A DNA stretch of 64,000 nucleotides. It comes from a virus (taxonomy: Duplodnaviria; Caudoviricetes). A model generated the notes under the pieces. It worked only from the letters and a program-made list of their open reading frames with translations, had not been told where the DNA came from and ran no database searches. The position numbers and the translations under genes are program-made. The stretch is taken from positions 1,424 through 65,423 of the IMG/VR virus record IMGVR_UViG_3300048837_000795; one strand, written 5' to 3'. Positions within the stretch are counted from its first letter, which is position 1. The number at the start of each line of letters is the position of its first letter. Below are positions 54,510-63,689 of this stretch, piece by piece.

Positions 54510-56222
54510 TTAGTCCGGGTCGTAGACCGTGTTATTGTCCTGTGTGCTGTTGACTCCCAGCGCCGTGACTAGCAACGGCGTGGATACCCGATAAATCAGG
54601 TTGTCATCAACCTTGACGTAATTAATCGCGGTCAGACTGCCCTTTGCGAACGAAATCCCTATCTGTGTGTTGAGCGTGCCGTCCTCGTCAATCCACAGCC
54701 GGTTACCCGATACGCTTGCCATACTGTACGTTCCCACCTCGCCAGCGTCCAGCGCCATTTCTAGGTAGATCCCCGATCTCCCCGCCTGAGCCGCACCCCA
54801 ATCGCGGATGATGTTTTTATCCACCACCAAACCAATGATCCCGTTGGTTGCGTCCAGGTAGGCGGTAGACGAATATTTGACGTGCAACCCGGCGTATGCG
54901 GAGGTCAGAATGGTATTGTCGATAATGATGGGCTGTTTAGAATTTTGTACGTAGATACCCCGCGCCGTAGAGGACAGCACTTGATTACCCTCAATGGTCA
55001 GATCGTTGATCTGTGAACAGTAGATCCCCGCATCAGTGGCGGTGGCGGTGGCGGTAGAAACAACGTTATTGACAATCCGTGCCTGGGAGCCATCATTCAC
55101 CCCATCGCGCAGGTAGATCGGCATTGATCCACTGCTGACAATGCGGTTGTCGCTTATTTCTAATCCCTGCACGCCCACGCCATAAATACCATAGCCGGGT
55201 ACTTCGATCTCGCAACCCCGAATTTGCACGTCCTTATGGGCAAGAACCCCATCGGCCAGGGAAATCCCCAACGCACCGCTTTGCGCGCTGACCAGCGTGC
55301 AGTTAGATATAGTTAGATGCTGACAAGCCGGAGTGGTTTCCTGATCCTGGTAATATGCGATTATTCCGCGTGCTGTAAAATCATACGCCTGTACGTTGTT
55401 TATCTTGATCCCGTTCCAGGGTATATTGCCCTCGGTCTTGATCCTGATGGCCGTGTCCCATCCTTTTAGCACACAATCACTCAGGATAAAATTTGTCACG
55501 CTGGAAATATCAAATGCCTCGTCAGCGGTCGCCAGGGTTTGTTCCCCCCGAATGTGCTGGCAAACCACATTGTCCGTCTGGTAGAAATCAACCAACTCGC
55601 CCACGTCCAGCCCAAACACATTTTGAATGAGTACATACCGGCAGTCATGCAAAAAGGAAATCAACCCCTCGCCGTTGTCGTACCCCTCGCAGCCATCAAT
55701 CTTGATCCAATCAGCCTGTTTCCACTCCAAGAAGCCGTGACCGCCCTCTTGCCACACATTATCAACCTCGGTGCGGTCTGCGTTCTCGAAATAGATGCGC
55801 CCGAACCCGTGGTTATCAGGGGTTGGCACTACCCCGTCCCAGTTGGTCGCGTCAATACCCATGTCACGGACAGTGATATTGGTCAGATGCGGGGAGGCCG
55901 GGCCAATCGCGTACAGTACCCGCCCGTCCATTGCAGCATCTGGTTTGAGTAGGGTCAGGCGCATCCCTGCGCCAATAATCGTCAGGTTGGATTTCATCAC
56001 CAGGGGAGCCGTTACCCGGTAGGTTCCAGGCGGCAGGTAAATCACGCTCTCACCGTCAATGGCCGCCTGAAGTGCTATGGTGTCATCGGTTGTGCCATCC
56101 CCCACCACACCGTACTCCTTGACACTGGCCGCCCTGCCGTTGAGCCGCTTGCCGATCAGGTTATGCTCGGCTACGTGCGCGGCATTCCCCGCCGCCCAAT
56201 CAATCTTGAATGTAGTTGTCAT
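54510..56222 (-). CDS. Pectate-lyase-like beta-helix protein (tailspike/depolymerase-like)
   Basis: SVKEYGVVGDGTTDDT.ALQAAID..YLPPGTY; parallel beta-helix repeats. Confidence 0.85.
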   Translation of the reverse strand: MTTTFKIDWAAGNAAHVAEHNLIGKRLNGRAASVKEYGVVGDGTTDDTIALQAAIDGESVIYLPPGTYRVTAPLVMKSNLTIIGAGMRLTLLKPDAAMDGRVLYAIGPASPHLTNITVRDMGIDATNWDGVVPTPDNHGFGRIYFENADRTEVDNVWQEGGHGFLEWKQADWIKIDGCEGYDNGEGLISFLHDCRYVLIQNVFGLDVGELVDFYQTDNVVCQHIRGEQTLATADEAFDISSVTNFILSDCVLKGWDTAIRIKTEGNIPWNGIKINNVQAYDFTARGIIAYYQDQETTPACQHLTISNCTLVSAQSGALGISLADGVLAHKDVQIRGCEIEVPGYGIYGVGVQGLEISDNRIVSSGSMPIYLRDGVNDGSQARIVNNVVSTATATATDAGIYCSQINDLTIEGNQVLSSTARGIYVQNSKQPIIIDNTILTSAYAGLHVKYSSTAYLDATNGIIGLVVDKNIIRDWGAAQAGRSGIYLEMALDAGEVGTYSMASVSGNRLWIDEDGTLNTQIGISFAKGSLTAINYVKVDDNLIYRVSTPLLVTALGVNSTQDNNTVYDPD

Positions 56223-56277
56223 GTGATCCTCTCCTGCATAATGTCACCTATCGCGCTGTAACCCGTAAGCCCGGCGG

Positions 56278-57057
56278 CTAGTGAAAATTTGCGTAATCAC
56301 TTGCTACCTCCGCGATGGTCGCCGCCCGGTTGAGCAGAACCACATGAGCGATATACCCGTCCCATACGTTTGTACCGCTGGTAGAGTGGTTGCCAATAAC
56401 GGTGTTAATAGCCGCTGGTTTGGTCGCTCCCCACGCGCCGTTTGCCGCCTTATCAGTATCGACTTGCGCACCGTTGATAAAGCCGCGAAAAGCATTTCCA
56501 GCCACGTCCCAAGTCAGCGCAAGGCGCAGCCAGCCCGAAACATTGTAGGCGGGCGCGGCGATCAATACACTCGCTGTGGAGGTCACGCCCCCCGCGACAC
56601 GCTGCAACCAGAGTTGATTAACGGTGGTTGTCTTGCGTATTCGCACAAAGGTGGTGGTCGTATTGGCGGCGATGTTGAACAGGTTGCGGTTTGTCACGCC
56701 AGCCCACACGTCCGGACTGAGGGGCTTCATCCACAAAAACAGCGATCCTGCATCACCGTTGAACGCATCCCGCAGGCTGACGGTGTACCAGTCAATCACA
56801 GAGGTGGAGGCTGGCACAAACAGTGCGGCGGTTTTACCATCCCCAATACCGGCATCTCCCAAAGTTACATTAGAGTATGACCCGTTGCGACTGTTCCCGC
56901 TGATGTCCTCAGCAGTCGTACTGCCTGCCGCATCCCACAAAGGCAGGTAAGCGAGGATCGACGTGCCAAACAACGCCTTGACCTTTTCGGCGTATGGTGG
57001 TGCCCCGCCCCCTCCCTGCCCCAGCCGCCTGACCCTGCTCAATCGTTGCATCCTCAT
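56278..57057 (-). CDS. LamG-like virion protein
   Basis: YLPLWD..GST.A.DISGN..G; LTWD..F.NG; G.IAHV...NRA. Confidence 0.75.
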   Translation of the reverse strand: MRMQRLSRVRRLGQGGGGAPPYAEKVKALFGTSILAYLPLWDAAGSTTAEDISGNSRNGSYSNVTLGDAGIGDGKTAALFVPASTSVIDWYTVSLRDAFNGDAGSLFLWMKPLSPDVWAGVTNRNLFNIAANTTTTFVRIRKTTTVNQLWLQRVAGGVTSTASVLIAAPAYNVSGWLRLALTWDVAGNAFRGFINGAQVDTDKAANGAWGATKPAAINTVIGNHSTSGTNVWDGYIAHVVLLNRAATIAEVASDYANFH

Positions 57058-57106
57058 GCCCCACCTCCCTCAGTACAGGTAATGTTCGTTATCCTGCACA
57101 CCTCGA

Positions 57107-57424
57107 TCACGCCTGCCACTGATACTCAAGCACAGCGCCGGCGGCTTCGCGGAAGAAGCGGATATCCGCGCCAGCCACGCCGATGATGACCGGCGTGATT
57201 TCCTTCTGGAGCTGGAAACCGATTGCCGCGGTCGGGTCTACACCGTCCAGGCGGAATCGGGCATTTTGAGCAGTGACCTGCACCATGATCTGCACCGCGC
57301 CGGCGGGCCGGGTCAGCACCGCGGCAGCCGCGCCCAGCGCAACCTGGGTATGCGCGCCGACGGGCTCGTAGTATTCGGTCAGGTAAACGGGAGTAACCTC
57401 TTGTCCATTATCGAGTGATTTCAT
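57107..57424 (-). CDS. Small virion protein
   Basis: ARFRLDGVDPTA..GF.L; GGAGG RBS. Confidence 0.65.
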   Translation of the reverse strand: MKSLDNGQEVTPVYLTEYYEPVGAHTQVALGAAAAVLTRPAGAVQIMVQVTAQNARFRLDGVDPTAAIGFQLQKEITPVIIGVAGADIRFFREAAGAVLEYQWQA

Positions 57425-57444
57425 TCTGCCTCCAAAACTTGGCT

Positions 57445-57505
57445 AAACAAAAAGCCCCCACGAATATACTCGTGAGGGCTCAAGGCGCTGATATCAGTAT
57501 AACGC
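57445..57505 (-). promoter_or_regulatory. Putative late promoter plus leader terminator
   Basis: GCGTTATACT (57496-57505); AGCCCTCACG..CGTGGGGGCT TTTTGTTT. Confidence 0.7.
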
Positions 57506-57510
57506 GAATC

Positions 57511-57750
57511 CTATTCCGCCTCAGCCCGCCGCTTCAGCTCGATAAACGCCAGGTTCAACCGCAGCGGACCAGCCTCGCATCGGTAGTCACACCGCTCTAG
57601 CTGCGACACAATCTCGCTTAGCGTCGCGTCGGCAAAGATGTTGGGCTGCGCCGGCTCGATGCGGAAATAGCCCGACACTACCGGCAGCGCCGGCTGAGTT
57701 CCCGCTGGCTTTGGACAGCGGTTATATTTACGCATGGTCGTGCTCCCCAT
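57511..57750 (-). CDS. Hypothetical protein
   Basis: IVSQLE.C.Y.CEAGPL..N.AF..LK. Confidence 0.5.
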   Translation of the reverse strand: MGSTTMRKYNRCPKPAGTQPALPVVSGYFRIEPAQPNIFADATLSEIVSQLERCDYRCEAGPLRLNLAFIELKRRAEAE

Positions 57751-57952
57751 CCTCTCTATGAGATTGTTTAAGTAAGTCTATAAAGGTTTCCAGCGCCTCG
57801 AAAGGCACGACAAACCGCGGCCCGCCCAGCAGGGCCGCGCGGTGCGGGTCTTTCTCGTAGAACTCCAGGCCCTGGCTGCCGTTGTATTTAAACGGCAGCT
57901 TCGCGCCCTTCCACCAGACAAAGCCGTCAGCAGCCACGATCAAATCAGACAT
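57728..57952 (-). CDS. Hypothetical protein
   Basis: Starts directly after the portal stop. Confidence 0.55.
   Translation of the reverse strand: MSDLIVAADGFVWWKGAKLPFKYNGSQGLEFYEKDPHRAALLGGPRFVVPFEALETFIDLLKQSHREDGEHDHA
57756..57783. repeat. 11-6-11 site (copy 9, intragenic)
   Basis: CTATGAGATTG TTTAAG TAAGTCTATAA. Confidence 0.7.
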
Positions 57953-57953
57953 A

Positions 57954-60143
57954 TCATCCCCCTGGCCGGCGCGGGTGGCCGCGAGTGAGGCGCGTACCTT
58001 TTGGCACCGGGATTAAAGAACATTTACAGTTGTAACCATGACATGCCAAATCAGGACTCTGAGTCTCCCATCCATATTTCGCCCATGTACTGGCGCGGTA
58101 GACCTTTCCGTTAGCATATACGCAGTCATCGCAATGGTCGGTGTCCCCGTACTGCCAACGGAGCGGCGGATTGCTCCCCGCCATCAGCAGCGCCCTGCTG
58201 CGCAGCTGGTTCCAGCGGTTTGCCCACAGCTCGATCCGCCCTTGCAGCGCGGCTAACTTGCCGCCGTTGGCTTTGCTGCCGGCCTCGATCGCGTCAGCAA
58301 AGCCGGCGATGTGCCGGTATTCATCCAGCACGGCCTGGGTCAGGGCATTCTCCTCTTCCTGGGTAAAATCCTCCGCGCCAATACCCAGCGCGTCCATGCC
58401 CTCCGCCCACGCGCCGTGCAAACCCGACTCGATGGCGGTTTTCATCGCCCCGGTAAAATCCGTGCGGGATAATGCCCCGGTCCATAAACCGCGGACAATG
58501 CTGCGCAGCGCCGAACGATATTGGCCCACGGTCGCCTTAGCCTCTACCAGCGAAAAAGGGGGCTGGCTCTCGCCGGCCTCCGTTGGCTCGGGCTCGGGCG
58601 GCGCGTTTGGATCAGGCGGAACGGGCGGAACTATTGGCGGCGGCATGGGATTTTCCTCGGGCGGCTTGATCAGCTTCAGCAGCTCATCAAAGCCATGCAA
58701 GCCCAACGTTTCGAAGACGACTCTCAACAGGCTCTTGATAATCTCCTGGCCGGCCTCATCATCCAGTAGCCCGCGGTCAATCATGTCATAAACCATGTCG
58801 CTGGCAGCTTTGATATCTTCTTGTGACATGGTAATAATGCGGTCGGTGGATATGGTCGACTCCAGCGACTGAAACGACTTGCCGCCGTGGCGCTCGGCCA
58901 TCATCGCCACGATGCAAAACAAATCGCGCCACACCGATGACCAGAAAGCCTGGTAGCGGTTAAAGCTTTTCAGCGTCGGGCCTTCCATCGCCGTGGATGT
59001 GGCTAACCGGTAGGTATCGCCGCGGCCTAAATAGTGCGGGTACAGCTTCGCGGCTAAACCCAGCTGGGTTAAGAGCGCCATGCCGTCTTTCTCGGCGTCG
59101 GCTGAATTGGTCGGGCGGTTCATCCACTGCCGGTCGACCGCGTCATTTTCCAGCCAGGCAGAGCCGGCCGGCGGCGGCGGGTTGGTGTCGAAGGCGTCAT
59201 TCGCATTGCCCAGCGTCGAGCCGATGCGGCTTTTCATCATGTCGACCGCGCGCTGACCGCCCTTGACTTTGATCTTTTCCACCGCCGACGCGGCAGCCCT
59301 GGCCACGGCGGCGCGGTTGGTGAGGAACTGCTTGTACTCACGCGACCAGTCAATGCCGGCGGTCATCAGCGGCCATCCGCGCCCGCCCACCTCGCGGAAA
59401 GCAGCCTGCATTACCACCACGTCGGTCCAACTGTCTAAGCTGGTCTCGTTGGCCTTTTTGGCGTCGGGCGGCAGCTTTGCGCGGCTCAAAGCCTCGGGGC
59501 TGGCTGACCAATCTGGATAATAGACGGTCTCAAAATTACCATTGGCGGTCACGCTGTCACGGCGGTAATACAGGTTAATGCTGGCGTCGGCAGGGTCTTT
59601 GACAACCTCCTTGATCTGATCGGTAGGGATGGTGCGCACGGTCGAAAGCCCGTCCAGAGTCGAGACAAAGATCACGAAGAAAATCTCACCGTCGACCAGC
59701 AGAGTTTCAGATTGTTTGTGCAGCTTGCGGTCACCTAATACCGGCGCGTTGCGGTCCGCAGTCCAGAACTCTTCCCACAGCTCCTGCGCGGTCTTGTCCT
59801 CTGCGGTCAAGTTGGGGGTATTGCCAAAGGCATAGTCTGTCCACAGCTCGACCGCGAACTGGGTGACCGGGTCGGTCAGGTACAGTGAGCGCGACTCGCG
59901 AACGATCTGCAAGCGGAAGTTTTCCGACGTGTCCATGCCGAAGGAGTAGTCCTGGATGCGCCTTGTTAGCAGGTCGGCCAGCCGGCTGTCAAACTCGGCC
60001 AGCTGCTCGATAAGCGCCTCGGGCGAGCGCTGGGCAAGGTACGGCACCATGCGCCAGTCGTTGGCGACTTCGCGGGTTAATGCGCTCAGCCGTTCCATTT
60101 CCGGCCTGAGCAGCCATCGTGATAATATTTTTCGTAGATCCAT
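57954..60143 (-). CDS. Portal protein fused in frame to a MuF-like head morphogenesis domain
   Basis: After TerL; LVDGEIF, GRGWP, PPP.GS..LEN; Pro-rich linker; DHCDDC..NG.VY..CHGYNCKC. Confidence 0.85.
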   Translation of the reverse strand: MDLRKILSRWLLRPEMERLSALTREVANDWRMVPYLAQRSPEALIEQLAEFDSRLADLLTRRIQDYSFGMDTSENFRLQIVRESRSLYLTDPVTQFAVELWTDYAFGNTPNLTAEDKTAQELWEEFWTADRNAPVLGDRKLHKQSETLLVDGEIFFVIFVSTLDGLSTVRTIPTDQIKEVVKDPADASINLYYRRDSVTANGNFETVYYPDWSASPEALSRAKLPPDAKKANETSLDSWTDVVVMQAAFREVGGRGWPLMTAGIDWSREYKQFLTNRAAVARAAASAVEKIKVKGGQRAVDMMKSRIGSTLGNANDAFDTNPPPPAGSAWLENDAVDRQWMNRPTNSADAEKDGMALLTQLGLAAKLYPHYLGRGDTYRLATSTAMEGPTLKSFNRYQAFWSSVWRDLFCIVAMMAERHGGKSFQSLESTISTDRIITMSQEDIKAASDMVYDMIDRGLLDDEAGQEIIKSLLRVVFETLGLHGFDELLKLIKPPEENPMPPPIVPPVPPDPNAPPEPEPTEAGESQPPFSLVEAKATVGQYRSALRSIVRGLWTGALSRTDFTGAMKTAIESGLHGAWAEGMDALGIGAEDFTQEEENALTQAVLDEYRHIAGFADAIEAGSKANGGKLAALQGRIELWANRWNQLRSRALLMAGSNPPLRWQYGDTDHCDDCVYANGKVYRASTWAKYGWETQSPDLACHGYNCKCSLIPVPKGTRLTRGHPRRPGG

Positions 60144-60159
60144 TATATGTACCGTCCTT

Positions 60160-61680
60160 TTATGCCTCACGAACACTGATGCGCTCTCTGCTCGCCCATT
60201 CTTCTTCAATCAGCAGCGGCCCGACAATAGCCTGGATAACCGAGTCGCCGTAGTCTGTAGACTTCCCGCGCCGGCGTCTGATCAAATCCTTCGACTCGAT
60301 CAGGATCTGGCCGCTGGATGTGTAGGTGTAGCGCGGCGCGACTAAATCGTTGAATAACTCCTGGTTCGGCGGCAAACACACCTCGAAACCCGAGCCGGGT
60401 TCCAGCATTTCCCGCAGCAGCCACCATGCACAGGCCCGCCAGTTAGCGAAGCCGTACAAATTCGACTTATCGCGCAGCTCGGTCGAAGCCGCGGCCTTGA
60501 ACGGGTACACCCGCATTCCCAATTCTGCGGCCCGGTGGTAAACGCCGGCGCCAATGCCGATCACGTCGATATAGCCGGCTGCCTGACGCTGGCTATCCAG
60601 CAATGCGGTGAGCTGCCCAACGACCTCCATCGTGACCTGGTCAGGATTGGAAATTACCAGCTCTTCAACACTTTTGACTTTGACCCCGTCGTAGGTCGGT
60701 GCGAATGTGGATTTATCGCTCTGCGCCCCACCCCCGCCGACGTCGTTGCCAACCGCAGTTAGAACGCCGGGAAAGCCCTCTTTCTCCCACTGCCGCCAGC
60801 GCAGAATCGCATCACGGACGTGCGTCGCCGGGATGACCTGGTAATCGGCATCCCGCGCGCCGGCCATCCAATCGCCGTGCAGTAGCTGCGAGCGGAAAGG
60901 CTCAGGCATGGCGTTGAGGTTGCGCCGGTATTGGTCGTCGTTGGCCAGGAATGGGTTATCTTCCAGCTTGGCCGGGATGAAGGTGCGGCTGACCCCGTCA
61001 GGATCATCCGCCGTGGTCTCGATCTCGGTCTTGCCGTCATCGGCCCGTTTGTAGTAGCGCAGCTCGCCGGCCTTCGCCGGCCGCGGATGGGCCGGGTCAA
61101 GCCATGCTGCCCAGCGCCGGAACACCCACCCGCCCGGGTCGGGGTTCGCGCAGGCCAGCATGCGCACGCGCTGGTAGCGTTTATCCGTGCGCGCGCGAGA
61201 AACCATGTACTCGTACTGCAACTGCGAGAACTGCGGCAGTTCATCGAAGCCAATAAAATCATACGCCGCGGACTGGTGACCAAACACCGAGTCGTCGCGT
61301 TCTAAGTGGCTGAACCAGATTATTCGATTGTCAAGGTGCCATGTATATTTCGATCCGTTGAAACCATCACTTGTGCCGCGGTTGTAAAACTCTATTGATC
61401 TTGGGATAACCGACTGTTCCAGGTCTTTGTACGTGCGCCGGAAGATGACCGCCCGGCGGTGCTCGAACCGCGCGATACCGAGCAGCAAATCGCTCTTGCC
61501 TCCGCCGGCTGCCCCGCCGTACAAAGTCTCAAACGCTCTCGTCAGCAGCGCCATCCACTGCGGCTGACTCTGCGGAGCCCAGGGGATTCGCCTCTCCTGT
61601 ACCGCCTGTAGATATGAGAGCTCCGAGGGCTTGAGCGAGTGCAGATACTGTTCGATCATGCTGCTCGTCGTTAAGCTCAA
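60160..61680 (-). CDS. terL: Terminase large subunit
   Basis: LYGGAAGGGKS, IFRRTY, IGFDEL, ANP, FIPAKLEDNP, GDW, DVG, KSTDYGD; TTG start with GGAGG. Confidence 0.93.
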   Translation of the reverse strand: MSLTTSSMIEQYLHSLKPSELSYLQAVQERRIPWAPQSQPQWMALLTRAFETLYGGAAGGGKSDLLLGIARFEHRRAVIFRRTYKDLEQSVIPRSIEFYNRGTSDGFNGSKYTWHLDNRIIWFSHLERDDSVFGHQSAAYDFIGFDELPQFSQLQYEYMVSRARTDKRYQRVRMLACANPDPGGWVFRRWAAWLDPAHPRPAKAGELRYYKRADDGKTEIETTADDPDGVSRTFIPAKLEDNPFLANDDQYRRNLNAMPEPFRSQLLHGDWMAGARDADYQVIPATHVRDAILRWRQWEKEGFPGVLTAVGNDVGGGGAQSDKSTFAPTYDGVKVKSVEELVISNPDQVTMEVVGQLTALLDSQRQAAGYIDVIGIGAGVYHRAAELGMRVYPFKAAASTELRDKSNLYGFANWRACAWWLLREMLEPGSGFEVCLPPNQELFNDLVAPRYTYTSSGQILIESKDLIRRRRGKSTDYGDSVIQAIVGPLLIEEEWASRERISVREA

Positions 61681-62308
61681 TCGGTCCTCCGTTCTTGCCC
61701 GTCATTTCGTGCTTGGAAATACGCCCGCCGGTCTCCTTCGCCAGATCATCCAGCACGCCGCGGTACTGGTCGAGAATGGCGCTGTTGAAGCGGTAGATAT
61801 CGACCCGCTGCGCGCCGGCGCCCTGGCCGATGGATTTGACATCGTGTACCCAGATATTGGGGTAGGTCGAGCCCACTGTGAATGAGGTTGCTTCGCCGGC
61901 ATTTTCCGAATCGCTATCGGCTTGCGGGGTAGTGGTGATGATGATCGGCGCTTGAGCGTAGACCTGCGCTTCGAGAAAATCGGCCATCTTTTTGAGCTTG
62001 ACCACCCGCTCATAATCCAGCGCCAGGCCCGAATCCATAATCTCTTTCGCCCGTAGATTCTTCTCTTCTTCCAGGCGTTTGTCGTACGTGGCGGCGCGGT
62101 CAGCCCAAGTGAACCTTGATGACCACTGCTCTAATGTCTGCTTTGAGTGTGTCGGCGCTGAATTTACTTGACTCGTATTGAATTTCTGGATCAAAAGCAC
62201 CAACGACCGTCCAGGCCCGAGACGCAAATAATCGTTGCAGGCCTGGACGGCTTTATTACTTTCTCCAGGTTGGCGTTCCCCCGCCAACGGCTCGACTCTG
62301 TCTGCCAT
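61529..62308 (-). CDS. Terminase small subunit (probable)
   Basis: GES..A...Y..LGPGRSL..WS....W..RA..YD; LAKETGGR; ETGKNGGPI-like tail; upstream of and overlapping TerL. Confidence 0.7.
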   Translation of the reverse strand: MADRVEPLAGERQPGESNKAVQACNDYLRLGPGRSLVLLIQKFNTSQVNSAPTHSKQTLEQWSSRFTWADRAATYDKRLEEEKNLRAKEIMDSGLALDYERVVKLKKMADFLEAQVYAQAPIIITTTPQADSDSENAGEATSFTVGSTYPNIWVHDVKSIGQGAGAQRVDIYRFNSAILDQYRGVLDDLAKETGGRISKHEMTGKNGGPIELNDEQHDRTVSALAQALGALISTGGTGEANPLGSAESAAVDGAADESV

Positions 62309-62814
62309 TAGATCTTCTTTCTGGGTCTCTGCGCCGCCGTCGCTACCTGCGCATCGATCGCCTGGCGCTGCTGGTCGCTGAGAAGCACGTCAAACCTGGC
62401 ATCATCGACGGCGATATGGTTGGTCACCGTTCCGGTCAGGTGGGTAACCTTTTCGATCAGGCCGTCCACCAGCTCCGCGACTTTGCGGCTGCTGTCCGAC
62501 AGTTGATTGATCGATGTAGCCATGTCAGCCAGTTGTTCGCGGTTGCGCTCCTCTTCCCGCGCCGATACTGCCTGCATGGCCCTGATAAAATTTTGCCAGC
62601 GCTCGTCTCTGATTTTGTCCTGCTCTTCTTCCCACAAACGCTGCCGCTCGCGCTCGGCCTCGCGTTTCTTATCCTGGTCTTTTTGATAGGCCCTGTACTC
62701 GCGCCAGATCAGGCCCAGGCCGGCAAACATCACGACCATGATCAGGATAATGACGGCCAGGTTGGGAAAGAGCTGCCAGATCTCGCCGGGTGGAATGGGT
62801 ACCTGTAATAGCAT
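62308..62814 (-). CDS. Single-TM coiled-coil protein (holin-associated)
   Basis: N-terminal TM then coiled coil. Confidence 0.6.
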   Translation of the reverse strand: MLLQVPIPPGEIWQLFPNLAVIILIMVVMFAGLGLIWREYRAYQKDQDKKREAERERQRLWEEEQDKIRDERWQNFIRAMQAVSAREEERNREQLADMATSINQLSDSSRKVAELVDGLIEKVTHLTGTVTNHIAVDDARFDVLLSDQQRQAIDAQVATAAQRPRKKI

Positions 62815-62840
62815 TTGGGCATCCCCCTATTTGCGCAGCT

Positions 62841-63245
62841 CTAGCTGCGTCCCGTTTCGTCAGGGATATAGGGGGCGGTCTCTGCCGGCAGCTGCTGGGG
62901 AGGTCCCTCAATAGAGAAGTTGGCAATCAGGGAACCAACCAGGGCAACAAGAGTCACAAGAATTTCAGGGGTCAGGTCGACAGGAAGAACGACACCAAAC
63001 GCATCCAGGAAAATCACCACAATACCGACGGCGGCCGTCCAGAACTTGCGAGATTGGATCACCCCCCTCCATCCCCACCCGGGGCCGGGATCGACCGCGA
63101 TACCCACGATGTACGCGGCCACGATTACGCCTAATGCGACGGCCGATTCGATATCCAGTTTAAATCCTGGCATGAACTGGCCGACAATAAGCACGAACAG
63201 GGTCAGCACTGCGACCCAAAATTCCCGAGTTGCTAACATCTTCAT
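62841..63245 (-). CDS. Holin-like protein with duplicated two-TM unit and Met-Lys-Met start
   Basis: TREFW and SRKFW repeats, four TM; GGAG RBS before MKM. Confidence 0.7.
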   Translation of the reverse strand: MKMLATREFWVAVLTLFVLIVGQFMPGFKLDIESAVALGVIVAAYIVGIAVDPGPGWGWRGVIQSRKFWTAAVGIVVIFLDAFGVVLPVDLTPEILVTLVALVGSLIANFSIEGPPQQLPAETAPYIPDETGRS

Positions 63246-63268
63246 CGGTAAATCTCCTTCGATGGACA

Positions 63269-63356
63269 GAAATAAAACGATCCCGGTCGCGCACATAGAG
63301 TTATGCGCGCTCCGGGATCTATGCCTACTGGCAAGCGGACATAGCCAGTATAACGC
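63269..63356 (-). promoter_or_regulatory. Putative late promoter plus leader terminator
   Basis: GCGTTATACT (63347-63356); GATCCCGG..CCGGGATC GTTTTATTT. Confidence 0.7.
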
Positions 63357-63405
63357 AAACAGCCACGGGGGCTGCCGTGGCTGTTTCAGGGGTTGTTCGG
63401 TTGTG

Positions 63406-63621
63406 TTATTCCTGCCGAGGGCGCTCGGTCATGGTCGAGGATATCTCATCCATGCGGCCACTTTTCAGCGTGATGCGCACCTCGCCCCAACCCGTGCCGT
63501 TCAGCACGTTGGCCAGGTGGAACACTAAGCGCGCCCACTGCCAGTCTTCCAGCACAGCCAACAAACGACCAATAAGGTCAGGACTTTCCGCACGCGGCTT
63601 TGGCGAGGTATTATCACCCAT
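63406..63621 (-). CDS. Small hypothetical protein
   Basis: GWGEV.I....G; own GCGTTATACT motif at 63667-63676. Confidence 0.6.
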   Translation of the reverse strand: MGDNTSPKPRAESPDLIGRLLAVLEDWQWARLVFHLANVLNGTGWGEVRITLKSGRMDEISSTMTERPRQE

Positions 63622-63689
63622 AAGACCCCCTACAGTTTTGGTAATCAGGTTACATCCGGTAAATACAGTATAACGCGAATATTACCGTA

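Noticed and set aside
51624-57057. Diversity-generating retroelement targeting fibre genes
   Set aside because: No reverse transcriptase or TR/VR pair was seen; the repeats are protein-level and synonymously diverged
252-63673. Many long overlapping or antisense ORFs in the track (e.g. 3503..4231, 41947..43146, 47913..49121)
   Set aside because: Shadows of real genes in GC-rich DNA, with no RBS or motifs
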